In this document: positions 37,775-48,002 of the stretch, piece after piece
How the letters are laid out: the number at the start of each line of letters is the position of its first letter
Numbering within the stretch: position 1 is the first letter of the stretch
Assembly (NCBI GenBank): GCA_051883455.1
Contig: JBJETT010000010.1
Location: 3,886-67,885 of the forward strand
Length of the DNA stretch: 64,000 nt
Reading direction: 5' to 3'
DNA from: Christensenellales bacterium
GTDB lineage: Bacteria > Bacillota > Clostridia > Christensenellales > UBA3700
Notes under the pieces: model-generated
The model's input: only the letters and a program-made list of their open reading frames with translations
Told to the model about the DNA's origin: nothing
Databases searched by the model: none
Translations under genes and position numbers: made by a program

Positions 37775-39064
37775 TTAGGCGTTGAGGACGTTCGCCCAAA
37801 CGCTATCTATGATTTTGGTGTTTTCTTCGCCAAAGTCTGACATAACTCCGCATCTTCTCACAACATCCAAGGATGGGAATTGAGCGGGGTCTACGAAGAT
37901 GCTCTTAGCTTGTTCGCTGAGCTCTCCGCCAAAGAAGTAGCTGAGGTCGGAAGCGTCGTAATCTTCGCTTGTATAAGCTACGAACTCGTCGTTGTCATCG
38001 TAGTAGCCTTGACACCACTCAAATGTTGCTTGTGTTGCCACGCAAGAGGTGTAACCAATCCACTCCATATTTTCGATAGCGATATCTTCTTGGCACAAGA
38101 AGTTGATCCAAAGGTTGGCGGCAACGGTGTTTTTGGCGTACTTAGGAATAGCCCAGCAGTCTACCCAAACGTTGGAGCCTTCTTGAGGTACGTAGTAGTC
38201 GAGGCTTCTTGAGATGCCCAATTCTTCTTGCAATTCTCCCATAGAATAGATTGCGTCGCCTGACCATTGCAGAGCCATATCTACTTTGCCTTCAATTATA
38301 GCCGACTTACCCTCGTCAGTCTCGTAACCGCATTTGACGTTTTGTTTTTGCCATACGAGAGATTGTTGAACGGCACTAGCGTTGGCAACGTTGTTGAGAG
38401 CCATTTCCGGTGTAATATTGGCGTCATAGCTAGAAGAAGCAGGGTTGCAGAAGGTATAGATTGCGCCTACGGCGTAGGTGTCGCGCACACTCTTTTTCAT
38501 ATTGACTCTGCTTTGGTAAGCCGTATCCCACAATGCACCCCAGCCATTTGAATCGAGGTATTCGAGTGAAATGACGTCGGTTGCGTACACGATACCCATA
38601 GTGCCCCACATATAAGGAGTGGAATACTTGCCAGTTGGGTCATAGGTAAAGTTGTTGACGGTGTTATCAAGGAAGTATTCCGAGATATTGACCTTGCGAT
38701 AGTCTTGGATAGGGTTGCCGTCGAGGTCGTCGCCAAGTGGAGATTGCTCGAGGAGCAATTCTTCTCTAAGCATTCTCTCAATCATGTAGTCGGAGGCGCA
38801 AATTACATCGTAGTCGGACTTTTTGATAGCGACTTTGGAGTGCATGGTCTCGTTGGTGTCGTACTCGTCGTAGACTATAGAGATATTTTTGCCAGTGACG
38901 GACTTGTAATATTCTTTGAATTGGTCGATGACGTCTTGTCCGATATATTCGGCGCAGTTGTAGATTTTGAGAGTGTCCTCACGCGAGGTGCAAGCACTCA
39001 ACATCGGCATACTTACGGCTAATAGCATAACCGCAATCAACACGATACAAAGTTTTTTCTTCAT
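37775..39064 (-). CDS. potD: Spermidine/putrescine ABC transporter substrate-binding lipoprotein
   Basis: Lipobox LSA-C; YDTNE, SDYMI, PYMWGTMGI, WSGDA and EGSNVWVD motifs. Confidence 0.9.
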   Translation of the reverse strand: MKKKLCIVLIAVMLLAVSMPMLSACTSREDTLKIYNCAEYIGQDVIDQFKEYYKSVTGKNISIVYDEYDTNETMHSKVAIKKSDYDVICASDYMIERMLREELLLEQSPLGDDLDGNPIQDYRKVNISEYFLDNTVNNFTYDPTGKYSTPYMWGTMGIVYATDVISLEYLDSNGWGALWDTAYQSRVNMKKSVRDTYAVGAIYTFCNPASSSYDANITPEMALNNVANASAVQQSLVWQKQNVKCGYETDEGKSAIIEGKVDMALQWSGDAIYSMGELQEELGISRSLDYYVPQEGSNVWVDCWAIPKYAKNTVAANLWINFLCQEDIAIENMEWIGYTSCVATQATFEWCQGYYDDNDEFVAYTSEDYDASDLSYFFGGELSEQAKSIFVDPAQFPSLDVVRRCGVMSDFGEENTKIIDSVWANVLNA

Positions 39065-39888
39065 TTTTTGTAAGCTCCTTGTTTTGAAGTTTTATTTTTC
39101 GGTTTGCGGTTGATAAGAGCCATCAAACCGAGGATTACCACGAATATTATTGACGACAAAGCTCTCATAGATGCAGGCAAAGATTTTTTGCCGTGAGCTT
39201 TGAGGTAGATGAGTGTCGACAGAGTTTGGAAACCGTCGATATTGAATTGGGTGATGACGAAGTCGTCTATAGATAGCGTAAATGACATCACGAAGCCCAT
39301 CAATATGCCCGGCAAAATGTCGGGGATAACGACTTTCCACAAGGCTTGCGTAGGCGTGCAACCAAGGTCGAGAGCAGCCTCGTAAATCTTGTTGTCGCTC
39401 TGTTTGAGTCTTGGCAATACGTTGAGTATGACGTACGGGGTACAGAAGGTCACGTGAGCCAAAATTACGTTGAGCATTTGTACTTCGCCGTCAAGTTGTA
39501 TGAAGGTGCGCAAAATGCCGAAGAGCAAAACGAGCGAAACAGCGGTAACTATCTCGCTGTTGACCATAGGGATTTGGTTGATATTGGTGATGACGGTCTT
39601 TGCCTTCTTCGACCTAATGGAGTTGATGCCAATAGCAGCCATCGTGCCGAGCAGTGTAGAAATCAAACTTGCCGATACGCCGATGATAGCGGTGTTGCGC
39701 AAAGCTTCGAATATGGCGGCGCTGTCTCTACCCGTAAATAGTTCTTTGTAAGCGTCAAAGCTAAATCCGCCCCAAGAACTAAAAGATGGCGTGTTGGTAA
39801 AGGAGAAGATTATCATCCACAATATTGGCAGATACAAAAATACCAATACTAGTGCAAACAAGCATTTGACGAGTATTTTCTTTACCAT
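39061..39888 (-). CDS. potC: Polyamine ABC transporter permease
   Basis: FLYLPI, EAALDLG and FTLSIDDF motifs. Confidence 0.9.
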   Translation of the reverse strand: MVKKILVKCLFALVLVFLYLPILWMIIFSFTNTPSFSSWGGFSFDAYKELFTGRDSAAIFEALRNTAIIGVSASLISTLLGTMAAIGINSIRSKKAKTVITNINQIPMVNSEIVTAVSLVLLFGILRTFIQLDGEVQMLNVILAHVTFCTPYVILNVLPRLKQSDNKIYEAALDLGCTPTQALWKVVIPDILPGILMGFVMSFTLSIDDFVITQFNIDGFQTLSTLIYLKAHGKKSLPASMRALSSIIFVVILGLMALINRKPKNKTSKQGAYKK

Positions 39889-40694
39889 AATCCACCTCCC
39901 GAAGAAGCGTTGTCCTTGTCGTACTTGTTGACGACGATCATAGAAATACCGATGACTATCAAGATGATAAAGGACATCGCGCTGGCAACGTTGAGACTGT
40001 TGACTACTTGCAAGTCAATAAAGTCACCTATGAGGCTTATTTTGTTGCCACTTAGCAGTCCCGATATAGCAAAGGTGGTGATAGTCGGCATAAATACCAT
40101 CGTAATTCCGCTCAAAACCCCCGGTAGAGAGAGAGGGAGCGTCACCTTGACGAATGCCTTGCGTGGCGAAGCGCCGAGGTCGGCGGCACCTTCCAGCAAA
40201 GACGGGTCAATCTTGGATATGGTGGTATAGATAGGCATTATCATAAAAGGCAAATAGTTGTACACCATGCCGAATATTACCGTGCCCATGCCGAGGTCGA
40301 CTTCCATTGCCTCGAACATTGCTTTTGTTGCAAGGGTGCGCAAGAGGAAGTTGATCCACATAGGTAGCATAAATAGCATAACCAGCACCGGACTCTTATT
40401 GTACTTTTTGTCGGCGAGGAAGAGCGCTACGGGGTAGCCTACAGCCAAGCAAATGAGGGTAGTCAGCAACCCTACGTATATAGAACGGGTGAGCATTTGC
40501 ACGCTAGACGGGCTAAAAATCGTCTTGTAGTTGTCAAAGGTAAAGTTCCAAGACAGCGACCCGTCGCTCCTCGTTTCGCAAAAAGAGTAGAGTAGCAAAA
40601 TCAACAGCGGCAATATTACGAATATCGCCATAAATACCACGTAAGGAATTGCCAAATATTTGCGAGTAAATCCGCTTAGCTTTCTCTTTTTCAT
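39882..40694 (-). CDS. potB: Polyamine ABC transporter permease
   Basis: [17 protein letters not shown] and EGAADLGA motifs. Confidence 0.9.
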   Translation of the reverse strand: MKKRKLSGFTRKYLAIPYVVFMAIFVILPLLILLLYSFCETRSDGSLSWNFTFDNYKTIFSPSSVQMLTRSIYVGLLTTLICLAVGYPVALFLADKKYNKSPVLVMLFMLPMWINFLLRTLATKAMFEAMEVDLGMGTVIFGMVYNYLPFMIMPIYTTISKIDPSLLEGAADLGASPRKAFVKVTLPLSLPGVLSGITMVFMPTITTFAISGLLSGNKISLIGDFIDLQVVNSLNVASAMSFIILIVIGISMIVVNKYDKDNASSGGGLW

Positions 40695-42328
40695 TCTTCT
40701 ATCATCCTTATCAACTTAAAGCGGTCGGGCTTGACTGCAATACCCACTCTATCGCCGTCGTCCCAAAGGTATTCGGTGTCGGCAAAGATATGGTGGTTGT
40801 TGTCGGTTCTTAGGCATACGATATAGTTTTTGCCCTTATAAATCATTGACTCGACGTTGGCGGCAAGTGGTGCGTCCATCTCGTCGTCGGTCATCTCTAC
40901 GTCAGTAAACTCAAATCTAACCAAGGCTTTTTTGCCTTTGAGCGCCGTTTCTTCGCCGGCAATAGTGAGGATATCGTTTTCGCTGTCGTAGGCAGCGTCG
41001 TCGAACAACGTAGTAGGGTCGAAGTCGTACGTTCCGCCGTAGAGGTCGAGGGTGGTATTGGAGAGGAATTCTACTTGTTTGTCGTTGGCGTAGAGCTCCT
41101 TGGTCATAATGTGGATATTGTCGGGGTCGACGTAGAGGCTTACCTCGCTACCTACGGGGCTTTCTACGGTGTTGTGAATGATAAATTCGTAACCGCCGGC
41201 AATGCAAGACATCTCGTAATGCACGCCCTTAAAAATCGAGGACACGATTTTGCCGTCAAGTATGCCTTTGCCCTTTTCGCGCACTTCCCAGTCCTCGGGT
41301 CTTACCACGATATCCACCTTTTGGTTAGGCTCGAAGCCTGTATCCACGCAGTCCCATTGTACGCCTGCAAAGATAACTTTTTTGTCCTCGGGCATCACAC
41401 CGTCGAGTATGTTGGATTCGCCGATGAAGTCGGCAACGTAAGCCGTTTTAGGCTCGTTGTAGATGTCGATAGGGCTACCTTCTTGACAAATTTTGCCGTC
41501 GCGCATAACTACGATAGTGTCGCTCATTGTCAAAGCTTCTTCTTGGTCGTGGGTGACGTAGATAAAAGTTATGCCGAGTTTTTGGTGCATGGATTTGAGC
41601 TCGAGTTGCATCTCTTGACGCATCTTGAGGTCGAGTGCTCCCAAAGGCTCGTCGAGGAGCAAAATCTTTGGCTCGTTGACGATTGCTCTGGCTATCGCTA
41701 CTCTCTGTTGTTGTCCGCCCGAGAGAGAGTTGACGTCACGATTTTCGTAGTCGCTAAGTCCAACGATTTTGAGCGCGCGACGCACCTTTTCTTCGATAAA
41801 AGCCTTGTAACAGTTTACCTTTTTGGTAGTGACGTTGCCCTTTCTATCCTTGGTGGTTACCATCTTGTATTGACGGCAAAAAGGTACGATTTTGATTGTT
41901 TTTTCGCCGTTTTTGTCTACGATTTCTTGTTCTACGGGCTTGCGTTTTAGATTGACGAGTTTGGTCGCCTTTTCGCCCTTGCGGTTGACGTATTCTACCT
42001 CTACCTTTTTCATCTTCAGACCAAAGGCAATGTTTTTGAATACGTTGAGGTGAGGGAAGAGGGCGTACTTTTGGAATACCGTATTGACCTCTCTCTTGTG
42101 AGGTGGTAGAGAAGTGATATCCTCTCCGTCGAAGAGTACTTGTCCTTCGGTTGGTTGCTCAAATCCCGCAATCATACGCAAGGTAGTGGTCTTACCGCAA
42201 CCGCTTGGACCGAGCAAGGTGACGAATTGTCCCTTCTCAATCTTGAGATTGGCGTTGTTGACAACCCTTTTGTCGTCGTAATATTTGTTGATATTTTTTA
42301 GTTCGAGTATATATTTTTTGTTTTCCAT
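40691..42328 (-). CDS. potA: Polyamine ABC transporter ATPase with an internal insertion and extended C-terminus
   Basis: [22 protein letters not shown] and VTHDQEEA motifs; TOBE-like C-terminus. Confidence 0.92.
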   Translation of the reverse strand: MENKKYILELKNINKYYDDKRVVNNANLKIEKGQFVTLLGPSGCGKTTTLRMIAGFEQPTEGQVLFDGEDITSLPPHKREVNTVFQKYALFPHLNVFKNIAFGLKMKKVEVEYVNRKGEKATKLVNLKRKPVEQEIVDKNGEKTIKIVPFCRQYKMVTTKDRKGNVTTKKVNCYKAFIEEKVRRALKIVGLSDYENRDVNSLSGGQQQRVAIARAIVNEPKILLLDEPLGALDLKMRQEMQLELKSMHQKLGITFIYVTHDQEEALTMSDTIVVMRDGKICQEGSPIDIYNEPKTAYVADFIGESNILDGVMPEDKKVIFAGVQWDCVDTGFEPNQKVDIVVRPEDWEVREKGKGILDGKIVSSIFKGVHYEMSCIAGGYEFIIHNTVESPVGSEVSLYVDPDNIHIMTKELYANDKQVEFLSNTTLDLYGGTYDFDPTTLFDDAAYDSENDILTIAGEETALKGKKALVRFEFTDVEMTDDEMDAPLAANVESMIYKGKNYIVCLRTDNNHHIFADTEYLWDDGDRVGIAVKPDRFKLIRMIEE

Positions 42329-42341
42329 CGTCGTGTCCTTA

Positions 42342-42875
42342 TTAGAAAGTAGGAGGGGAAGATACCCACAATATTTTTACGGGAGTATCGCCGTCGTTGA
42401 CTATATAGTGCTTTTTGTTGCTTACGAAGTAGAAAGAGTTGCCTTGACTTAGCTTGTACTTCTTTTTGCCTATTATCAGCGTTGCGTTGCCCTCTAGCAT
42501 ATAGCCGAATTCCTCGCCCTCGTGAGGCATATCCTCCAGCGTCTTACTGTGAGCGTTGAGAGTCATCAATATAGGCTCCATTTCGTTCTTTTGGCTGTTG
42601 GGCACTAGCCACGTGATAGAGCTGTCGTCGCTCTCCTTGACGAAGAAGTCGTCCTCTTCGAAGACTATTTGCTCGTCGCTGTCGTCGTTGAAAAAACTCT
42701 TGAGATCCGACCCCAAAGCCGACAATATGTCGATGAGAGTGGCGATAGACGGCGAGGCAATGTCGTTTTCTAATTGCGAGATATATCCTTTGGTCAAATC
42801 GCATCTGTCGGCAAGCTCTTCTTGCGTCAGACCGCATTGGAGTCTCAGCGACTTGATTTTGATACCGATTTCCAT
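42342..42875 (-). CDS. XRE-HTH plus cupin transcriptional regulator (PuuR-like)
   Basis: [25 protein letters not shown] and HEGEEFGY cupin; first gene of the pot operon. Confidence 0.9.
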   Translation of the reverse strand: MEIGIKIKSLRLQCGLTQEELADRCDLTKGYISQLENDIASPSIATLIDILSALGSDLKSFFNDDSDEQIVFEEDDFFVKESDDSSITWLVPNSQKNEMEPILMTLNAHSKTLEDMPHEGEEFGYMLEGNATLIIGKKKYKLSQGNSFYFVSNKKHYIVNDGDTPVKILWVSSPPTF

Positions 42876-42893
42876 ATTTACCTCCTTTCCCGA

Positions 42894-43000
42894 GTTTAGT
42901 AAAACTAAACTTCAAAAATATTGAGTAAAAATTTTGTTAAACTTTGAGTTTAGATTTAGTAAACTGTTTTGATTATATACACCCCCGATATATATGTCAA
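42894..43000 (-). promoter_or_regulatory. Consensus sigmaA promoter with two downstream operator-like palindromes
   Basis: TTGACA (43000-42995), 17 bp, TATAAT (42977-42972); GTTTA-N7-TAAAC at 42894-42910 and 42948-42964. Confidence 0.75.
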
Positions 43001-43042
43001 TAATTTTGATATATTTTTTCAATTTTTTTGAGCAAAATTGTC

Positions 43043-43072
43043 AAAAAAAGAGCCCTGCTAATTGCAAGGCTC
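43043..43072 (-). terminator. Probable terminator
   Basis: GAGCC...GGCTC stem with an A7 flank on the + strand. Confidence 0.55.
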
Positions 43073-43099
43073 GGAAGACAGTTTTAGACTAATTTTATC

Positions 43100-44737
43100 T
43101 TACTTTTGTTGGTTGTCGTAATTAACGGTCACGTTGATGTTTATATCTATAGCTTTCTTTTTGCTTGTTGCAATTACTATTAAGACCGCCACAATGATTG
43201 CCACGCAAGCCACTGGAATGACCACGGCAAGTATGATCTTGTTGCGATGATTTACCAATTCGGTTTTTTCAATCGCCAGGTTTACGGCTTGGTTTGTCGT
43301 TTGGTCTATACTAACTATCTTGTCGGCGGTTAGAGCGTCATTGCCCGATTTTTGCATAAGCTTGACGGTATATTCGCCCTCGTTCAGACCTACTTCGGCG
43401 TGCAATATAGGAGAGCTCGAAGAGCGGGTATATACGACGTTGCCGTCCTTGTCCAATATTTGCATGCCGTACACGTCGTCCGACGGAATATCAATAGTCA
43501 ACGTGACTGGCTTTTGGTATCTGTCCACTCGAGTAAAGGCGCAGTCTTTCATCAATACCGAGTTGCCGTCGTTCCATTGTTGGCTATAAGCCACGCCTTT
43601 GAGTGATCGAAGAGTATTCACGTCCATGAGAGCAGACGGCACCGTTTGTCCGAAGTTGTCGGAGACGCTGTCTTGGAAGAGCGTTAGGAAGTAATAGTCG
43701 GGCACCATATTGTGAGTGTTGGTCATTCCGTACTGTTTGTCAAGTCCGTCTAGGTGCACCCAAGTGATATTGTCGCAAAAGCGCTCTTTGAGGGTTGCCA
43801 TGGTTGCTTTGGAATAGATATTTCCACCTAACGTGGCGTACATGGTGTATATGGCCTTGCCTGCACCGTAGCCCTCGATAGCCACGCCGTAATCTGCAAG
43901 CTTTACCACGGCTTCCGAGCAAAGCTCGGCAATAGTGCGTCCGTTGGCGTCTTCACCCCCGCGGTGGTCGATATGTCCTTTTACTTTGTTGGTGCTGAGA
44001 TACGGGTCGAGTAGGGTTATGCGCTGAGGAATAAGGTTGGTGCCTATTTCTTTACGCTCGCTCATCATCAATAGGTTTTCACTTACGGCAAGCGATAGGT
44101 CGCCACCCATTGAGTGACCAGCCAATTGCAACGTACCCGAGAAGTCTTTGCCAAGGGCGTTGATTATTGCTTGGGCGTAGAGCATAGATACCGAAGAGGT
44201 AGGATTGAGGGTTGGGTCGCCTAGCACTCTCTTGCCCGATTGGGTGGAGACGTAATAGCGCATGCCAAGCGGCGTGTCGGACGACCAAATCTTAGGGTCG
44301 CCGTCAATATTTTCTTCCGCAATTTGGTTCCAATAGAAGTGACCCACGTTGTAGCCCATATCTATGTATTTTTGATAGTATTGAGTGCTGTACGGGAAGC
44401 TTCCTTCGGCAAATCTATCGTAAGTGCCTTCCCATGTGGAGAGTAAATCTCTACGGTTGTAGCCCTCGTTATTCTTCATTCCGTGAGTAAAAATTATTGT
44501 AGGCTTGGTCGGGTCAAAATCTACGCCCGCCGTGCCCGCTTTGATGGGGATATCCTTGCCGTCTTGATACCAGTAGATGCCGTAGTCTAAACGGTTGAAC
44601 ACACCCTCTTCCCAACCAACGCGACTGTCGTTGATTGCATAGACGGTGGTAGGGTGGACGAGTGTGGCAGTCAAAGCTACCGCGAGCAAAGATACTAGTG
44701 CTAACGTGAAACAAATTTTTTGTGATAATGTTTTCAT
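43100..44737 (-). CDS. Secreted alpha/beta hydrolase with a C-terminal TM anchor
   Basis: Signal peptide; PTIIFTHG, nucleophile elbow GHSMG, RITLLDP; C-terminal TM plus KKK. Confidence 0.75.
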   Translation of the reverse strand: MKTLSQKICFTLALVSLLAVALTATLVHPTTVYAINDSRVGWEEGVFNRLDYGIYWYQDGKDIPIKAGTAGVDFDPTKPTIIFTHGMKNNEGYNRRDLLSTWEGTYDRFAEGSFPYSTQYYQKYIDMGYNVGHFYWNQIAEENIDGDPKIWSSDTPLGMRYYVSTQSGKRVLGDPTLNPTSSVSMLYAQAIINALGKDFSGTLQLAGHSMGGDLSLAVSENLLMMSERKEIGTNLIPQRITLLDPYLSTNKVKGHIDHRGGEDANGRTIAELCSEAVVKLADYGVAIEGYGAGKAIYTMYATLGGNIYSKATMATLKERFCDNITWVHLDGLDKQYGMTNTHNMVPDYYFLTLFQDSVSDNFGQTVPSALMDVNTLRSLKGVAYSQQWNDGNSVLMKDCAFTRVDRYQKPVTLTIDIPSDDVYGMQILDKDGNVVYTRSSSSPILHAEVGLNEGEYTVKLMQKSGNDALTADKIVSIDQTTNQAVNLAIEKTELVNHRNKIILAVVIPVACVAIIVAVLIVIATSKKKAIDININVTVNYDNQQK

Positions 44738-44938
44738 AACCTTCTCCCGATATTATTTTAATACGGTGCTACCTCGGTGTCAATACCTTTGATGGGCTCT
44801 GAGGTTGCGACGGCGATTGTCGATTTCGGCAGGGCGGATAAGCATAACGATTGCCAAAATAAGCAAAAAACTAGGCGACTTGTGAGGTCGCCGCGCTTGT
44901 TAAAAAATGATACGTGACGTATATGTGAACGAAAGAAA

Positions 44939-46933
44939 TCACGATAACGCTTTTTTCCTCTTTTTCTTCCTTACCACCGCTACTATCGCTATAATTATCG
45001 CCACTAGGACAAAAGGTGATATCACTATGGCGGCTATGGCTACTTTGTCGCCGACTATACGGCTTGGGTATTGTTGGAGATATTCTTGCATAGTAGGTGT
45101 GTGGGCTTCGTATGGTTGTTCTATACCCAGCTGTGTTACGAGGGTGCTAAACTCGTCGAAAGCGGCTTGTTTTCGGCTATAGTCGGGGATAGATTCTTCC
45201 ATTATGGCGTATAGCACGTTGACCTTGATTTCCTCTATACGGCGCACGATAGCGGGGTTGTCCTTTTCTTGCTCTATGGCTTGGTTGAGCCAAGCTAGAT
45301 ATTGGTCGGTATTGCTAGGGGATAGGTAGTCCAAAGTGTGGTAGTTGGAGGCGTCGAATATGTCGAGATTTTTGCCCTTATTTTTGAGTTCTTGGGTACA
45401 CGTATCGAGATATTGCGCCACCCACTCGGCTCCTTTGCCGTAGGTCACTTGCAGATATTTCGCCAGCGTTTTGCTCACGTCCACGTCGTTGTCCCACATT
45501 TGTTTGGAGAGGATATAAGTCCTAAGATGCGCCATTTCGTCACCGCGCTCTCTACTGCCTTGGTGGAAGATAGCCGTCACGTTGTTGCTGAGATACAGCG
45601 TATGATTGTCCTTTTGCACGTCGTAGTTAGGGAAAGGCAACAGCAGGTGACTAAAGTCCACCACGTAGTCCCACACCAAAATATTGTGTGCAATCTCGCC
45701 CCAGGTCTCAATCAGCTTCTTGGCTTTGGCGCTTTGATCCGTTGCACCGTAGAGGTAACTGTACATTTGCCCGCATTGGATAGGAGCAACGACGATATTG
45801 ACGTTGTCCTCGCAAGTCATGCCTTTGGGCGGAGTCTCGTTGAAGAAGTAGGCAAGGGTAGAGATGATTTTGTCGGGGAAGCGGCGCGCCAACTTGTTGA
45901 TAATAGGTAGCATAGTGCCCATCATCGAGCCCGTTTCTCTCTTGACAGCGCTACATTTGGTACAAGTGCAGTAGTCGTAGTTGTCCATAATGCTAAAGTC
46001 CCAATACTTTTTGTCGGGGCTGGCGGCTATGAGTTCTTCCATTTTCTCTTCGATTATCGGATAGATGCCCTCCGCGGATAGGCACAGTTGCTTAGGCTCG
46101 CCGTTTCTAATTACGAAAAATTCGGGGTGGGTCTGCAGATACTCGTCGGGGCTTACGAAAGTAAACGCCGTGTGACACCAAGTGCCCCAATCCTCGTGTT
46201 CTTCTATCTCGTCCGCCACCACGCCGTTGTTTTTGAGTTTTTTGTACCAGCCGTTTTGCGCTATTTCGTATTGGAAGACCTTGCGCCAAGCAAAGTCGGG
46301 GTTGCTCACCTCGTCCACACTATCGAGATAAATTGTAGGCAAGTACGGCACGTAGTCGTAGTCGCTCCTTACGAACATACAGCCGAGATAGTCCTCGAGA
46401 AAGCCGTACACGCCGTTGGATAGAGAGTCGCCGTCAATGGTAAGGATATGTATATTGCCGTCTTGACTGACGATACGATAGCCGTCGTCCTTTACGCCGT
46501 CTTTGGATAGGGCGTCGGTGGCAATGCAGTCGCCCAAAGCGATATAATATTCGGGCAAAGCCTCGCTATCGTCCACCACCTCGAAGTTATTTGTACTGCC
46601 GATTATTTGGTTGAGATATCCGCTCAACACCTCGGCAAGTTCCACTACGTCGGGCTCGGCGTGTTGACTAATCAAGATTTTGTAATTAGACTCACCGTAT
46701 ACGGCAAGCCCAATATCCTTTTCTACGCTCATTTGCGCTCTAAATTCTTCTTCGTCGTACTCGCCTAGGTGAGAGGATATATCAAGCGTTTGGCTCGACA
46801 TAACGCTTTTGTCGCGCTTGTTGCAAGCCACCATAGTAAGGCTAAGGCCCACCGCCATAATCACGACCGCCAACAAGATACACAGCCTTTTTCGCAAGCT
46901 AATATTTTCACTTTTCTTAATTATTGCGTTCAT
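44939..46933 (-). CDS. DUF4838-like putative glycoside hydrolase; lipoprotein with a C-terminal TM
   Basis: GVYGFLEDYLG, P.F.WR, H.F...P..Y...HPE, QLCLS, STLAY, WDY...F...L.P.PN motifs; lipobox MVA-C. Confidence 0.75.
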   Translation of the reverse strand: MNAIIKKSENISLRKRLCILLAVVIMAVGLSLTMVACNKRDKSVMSSQTLDISSHLGEYDEEEFRAQMSVEKDIGLAVYGESNYKILISQHAEPDVVELAEVLSGYLNQIIGSTNNFEVVDDSEALPEYYIALGDCIATDALSKDGVKDDGYRIVSQDGNIHILTIDGDSLSNGVYGFLEDYLGCMFVRSDYDYVPYLPTIYLDSVDEVSNPDFAWRKVFQYEIAQNGWYKKLKNNGVVADEIEEHEDWGTWCHTAFTFVSPDEYLQTHPEFFVIRNGEPKQLCLSAEGIYPIIEEKMEELIAASPDKKYWDFSIMDNYDYCTCTKCSAVKRETGSMMGTMLPIINKLARRFPDKIISTLAYFFNETPPKGMTCEDNVNIVVAPIQCGQMYSYLYGATDQSAKAKKLIETWGEIAHNILVWDYVVDFSHLLLPFPNYDVQKDNHTLYLSNNVTAIFHQGSRERGDEMAHLRTYILSKQMWDNDVDVSKTLAKYLQVTYGKGAEWVAQYLDTCTQELKNKGKNLDIFDASNYHTLDYLSPSNTDQYLAWLNQAIEQEKDNPAIVRRIEEIKVNVLYAIMEESIPDYSRKQAAFDEFSTLVTQLGIEQPYEAHTPTMQEYLQQYPSRIVGDKVAIAAIVISPFVLVAIIIAIVAVVRKKKRKKALS

Positions 46934-47053
46934 AAATGTATTTTAACATATTATATAGAAATTCTCAATAGCAATATCGCAAATCACGATAAACTTCAAA
47001 ACACGGCAAAAATGCCATAGCACTTTTGAGCGTTATGCAACGAATAATGCGCC

Positions 47054-47079
47054 AAAAACTCAATACGTATCGAGTTTTT
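47054..47079. repeat. Variant of the dispersed 26-bp palindrome
   Basis: AAAAACTCAATACGTATCGAGTTTTT, with a compensatory G-C to C-G change. Confidence 0.7.
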
Positions 47080-47176
47080 TTTGTGCAATCGGAAATAAGT
47101 TTTTCCTCACTAAGATTGAAATTTCGTCGTATAAATTCGGTTTTGTTCCCCAAAAACAATATTTTTCGATAAGAGC

Positions 47177-47227
47177 TTGACATTAGCATTTTTGTCATGT
47201 AAAATGACAGTGTCGTATAGATACGAC
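47177..47227 (+). promoter_or_regulatory. SigmaA promoter with two palindromes
   Basis: TTGACA-17-TAAAAT; TGTCAT-N5-ATGACA over the -10; GTCGTAT-AG-ATACGAC downstream. Confidence 0.65.
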
Positions 47228-47254
47228 TATATATTTTTGGAGGTGTGAGAAAAT

Positions 47255-47512
47255 ATGGCTAAGCCAAGAAGCGAAAAAGACAAAAGATACGAAGAAAAGC
47301 ACAAAGAAGAGCGCAAAGCAAAAAACGTTATTTGGGGAACGAGCCTACCGAGAGAGATGGCGGAAAAAATAAACGCATTTTTGAAAGAGTACGGACACAC
47401 AAAAGTCGAACTTATCCAAGCGGGATATGAAGAATTATTATGCTACTATAATTTAGACCTTGCCAAGTTAAAAGACGGTTACGACGATTTCTTTGAGTCC
47501 GAGAAACGTTAA
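47255..47512 (+). CDS. Small basic hypothetical protein, possibly ribbon-helix-helix
   Basis: GGAGGTG RBS; charged N-terminus, short strand, then two helices. Confidence 0.7.
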   Translation: MAKPRSEKDKRYEEKHKEERKAKNVIWGTSLPREMAEKINAFLKEYGHTKVELIQAGYEELLCYYNLDLAKLKDGYDDFFESEKR

Positions 47513-47733
47513 GCGCAAAAGGCTTGTCAATCGCGTGGCGAGGGTGAAAATCAGAAGAATAATTCACCCCAAAGGCGTTGCCAAAAATTAAACTTCGGGA
47601 TTTGAGTCTAGTATTTTGCAAAGGCGAAAATACTCATTGAAACGAACGCTTTGCAAAATACGTCGGTCACCGCTAAAAATCTGCCACAGGCAGGTTTTAT
47701 TAACGCTCTTTCAAATCCCTCTTAGTGCAACAC

Positions 47734-47774
47734 AAAAAAATAACCTAATCCAAAATTCGGATTAGGTTATTTTT
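47734..47774. terminator. Bidirectional terminator
   Basis: AAAATAACCTAATCC-N7-GGATTAGGTTATTTT. Confidence 0.8.
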
Positions 47775-48002
47775 GGCGGAGAAAGAGTGGATTTGCCTTA
47801 CAGCGAACTAAAAGTGAGCGTGCAGCGAGCGTAGCGAGGGTGAAAATCCAATGGATAAAAAAAATCACCCTGATATAACTCAGGGTGCTGGCGGAGAAAG
47901 AGTGGATTTGCCTTACAGCGAACGTGAGTGAGCGTGCAGCGAGCGTAGCGAGGGTGAAAATCCAATGGATAAAAAAAATCACCCTGATATAACTCAGGGT
48001 GC
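47774..48002 (-). repeat. tRNA-linked tandem repeat, two units (115 and 114 bp)
   Basis: Units start at 47774 and 47889. Each has the tRNA 3' end (TGGCGGAGAAAGAG on +) and the hairpin CACCCTGA-N6-TCAGGGTG. Confidence 0.95.

Noticed and set aside
41807-42001. Intein in PotA
   Set aside because: It is too short and has no N-terminal Cys/Ser or C-terminal His-Asn splice motif.
43100-47773. Intact genomic island integrated at tRNA-Ser
   Set aside because: There is no integrase, and I found no distal copy of the tRNA 3' end to the left of these genes.
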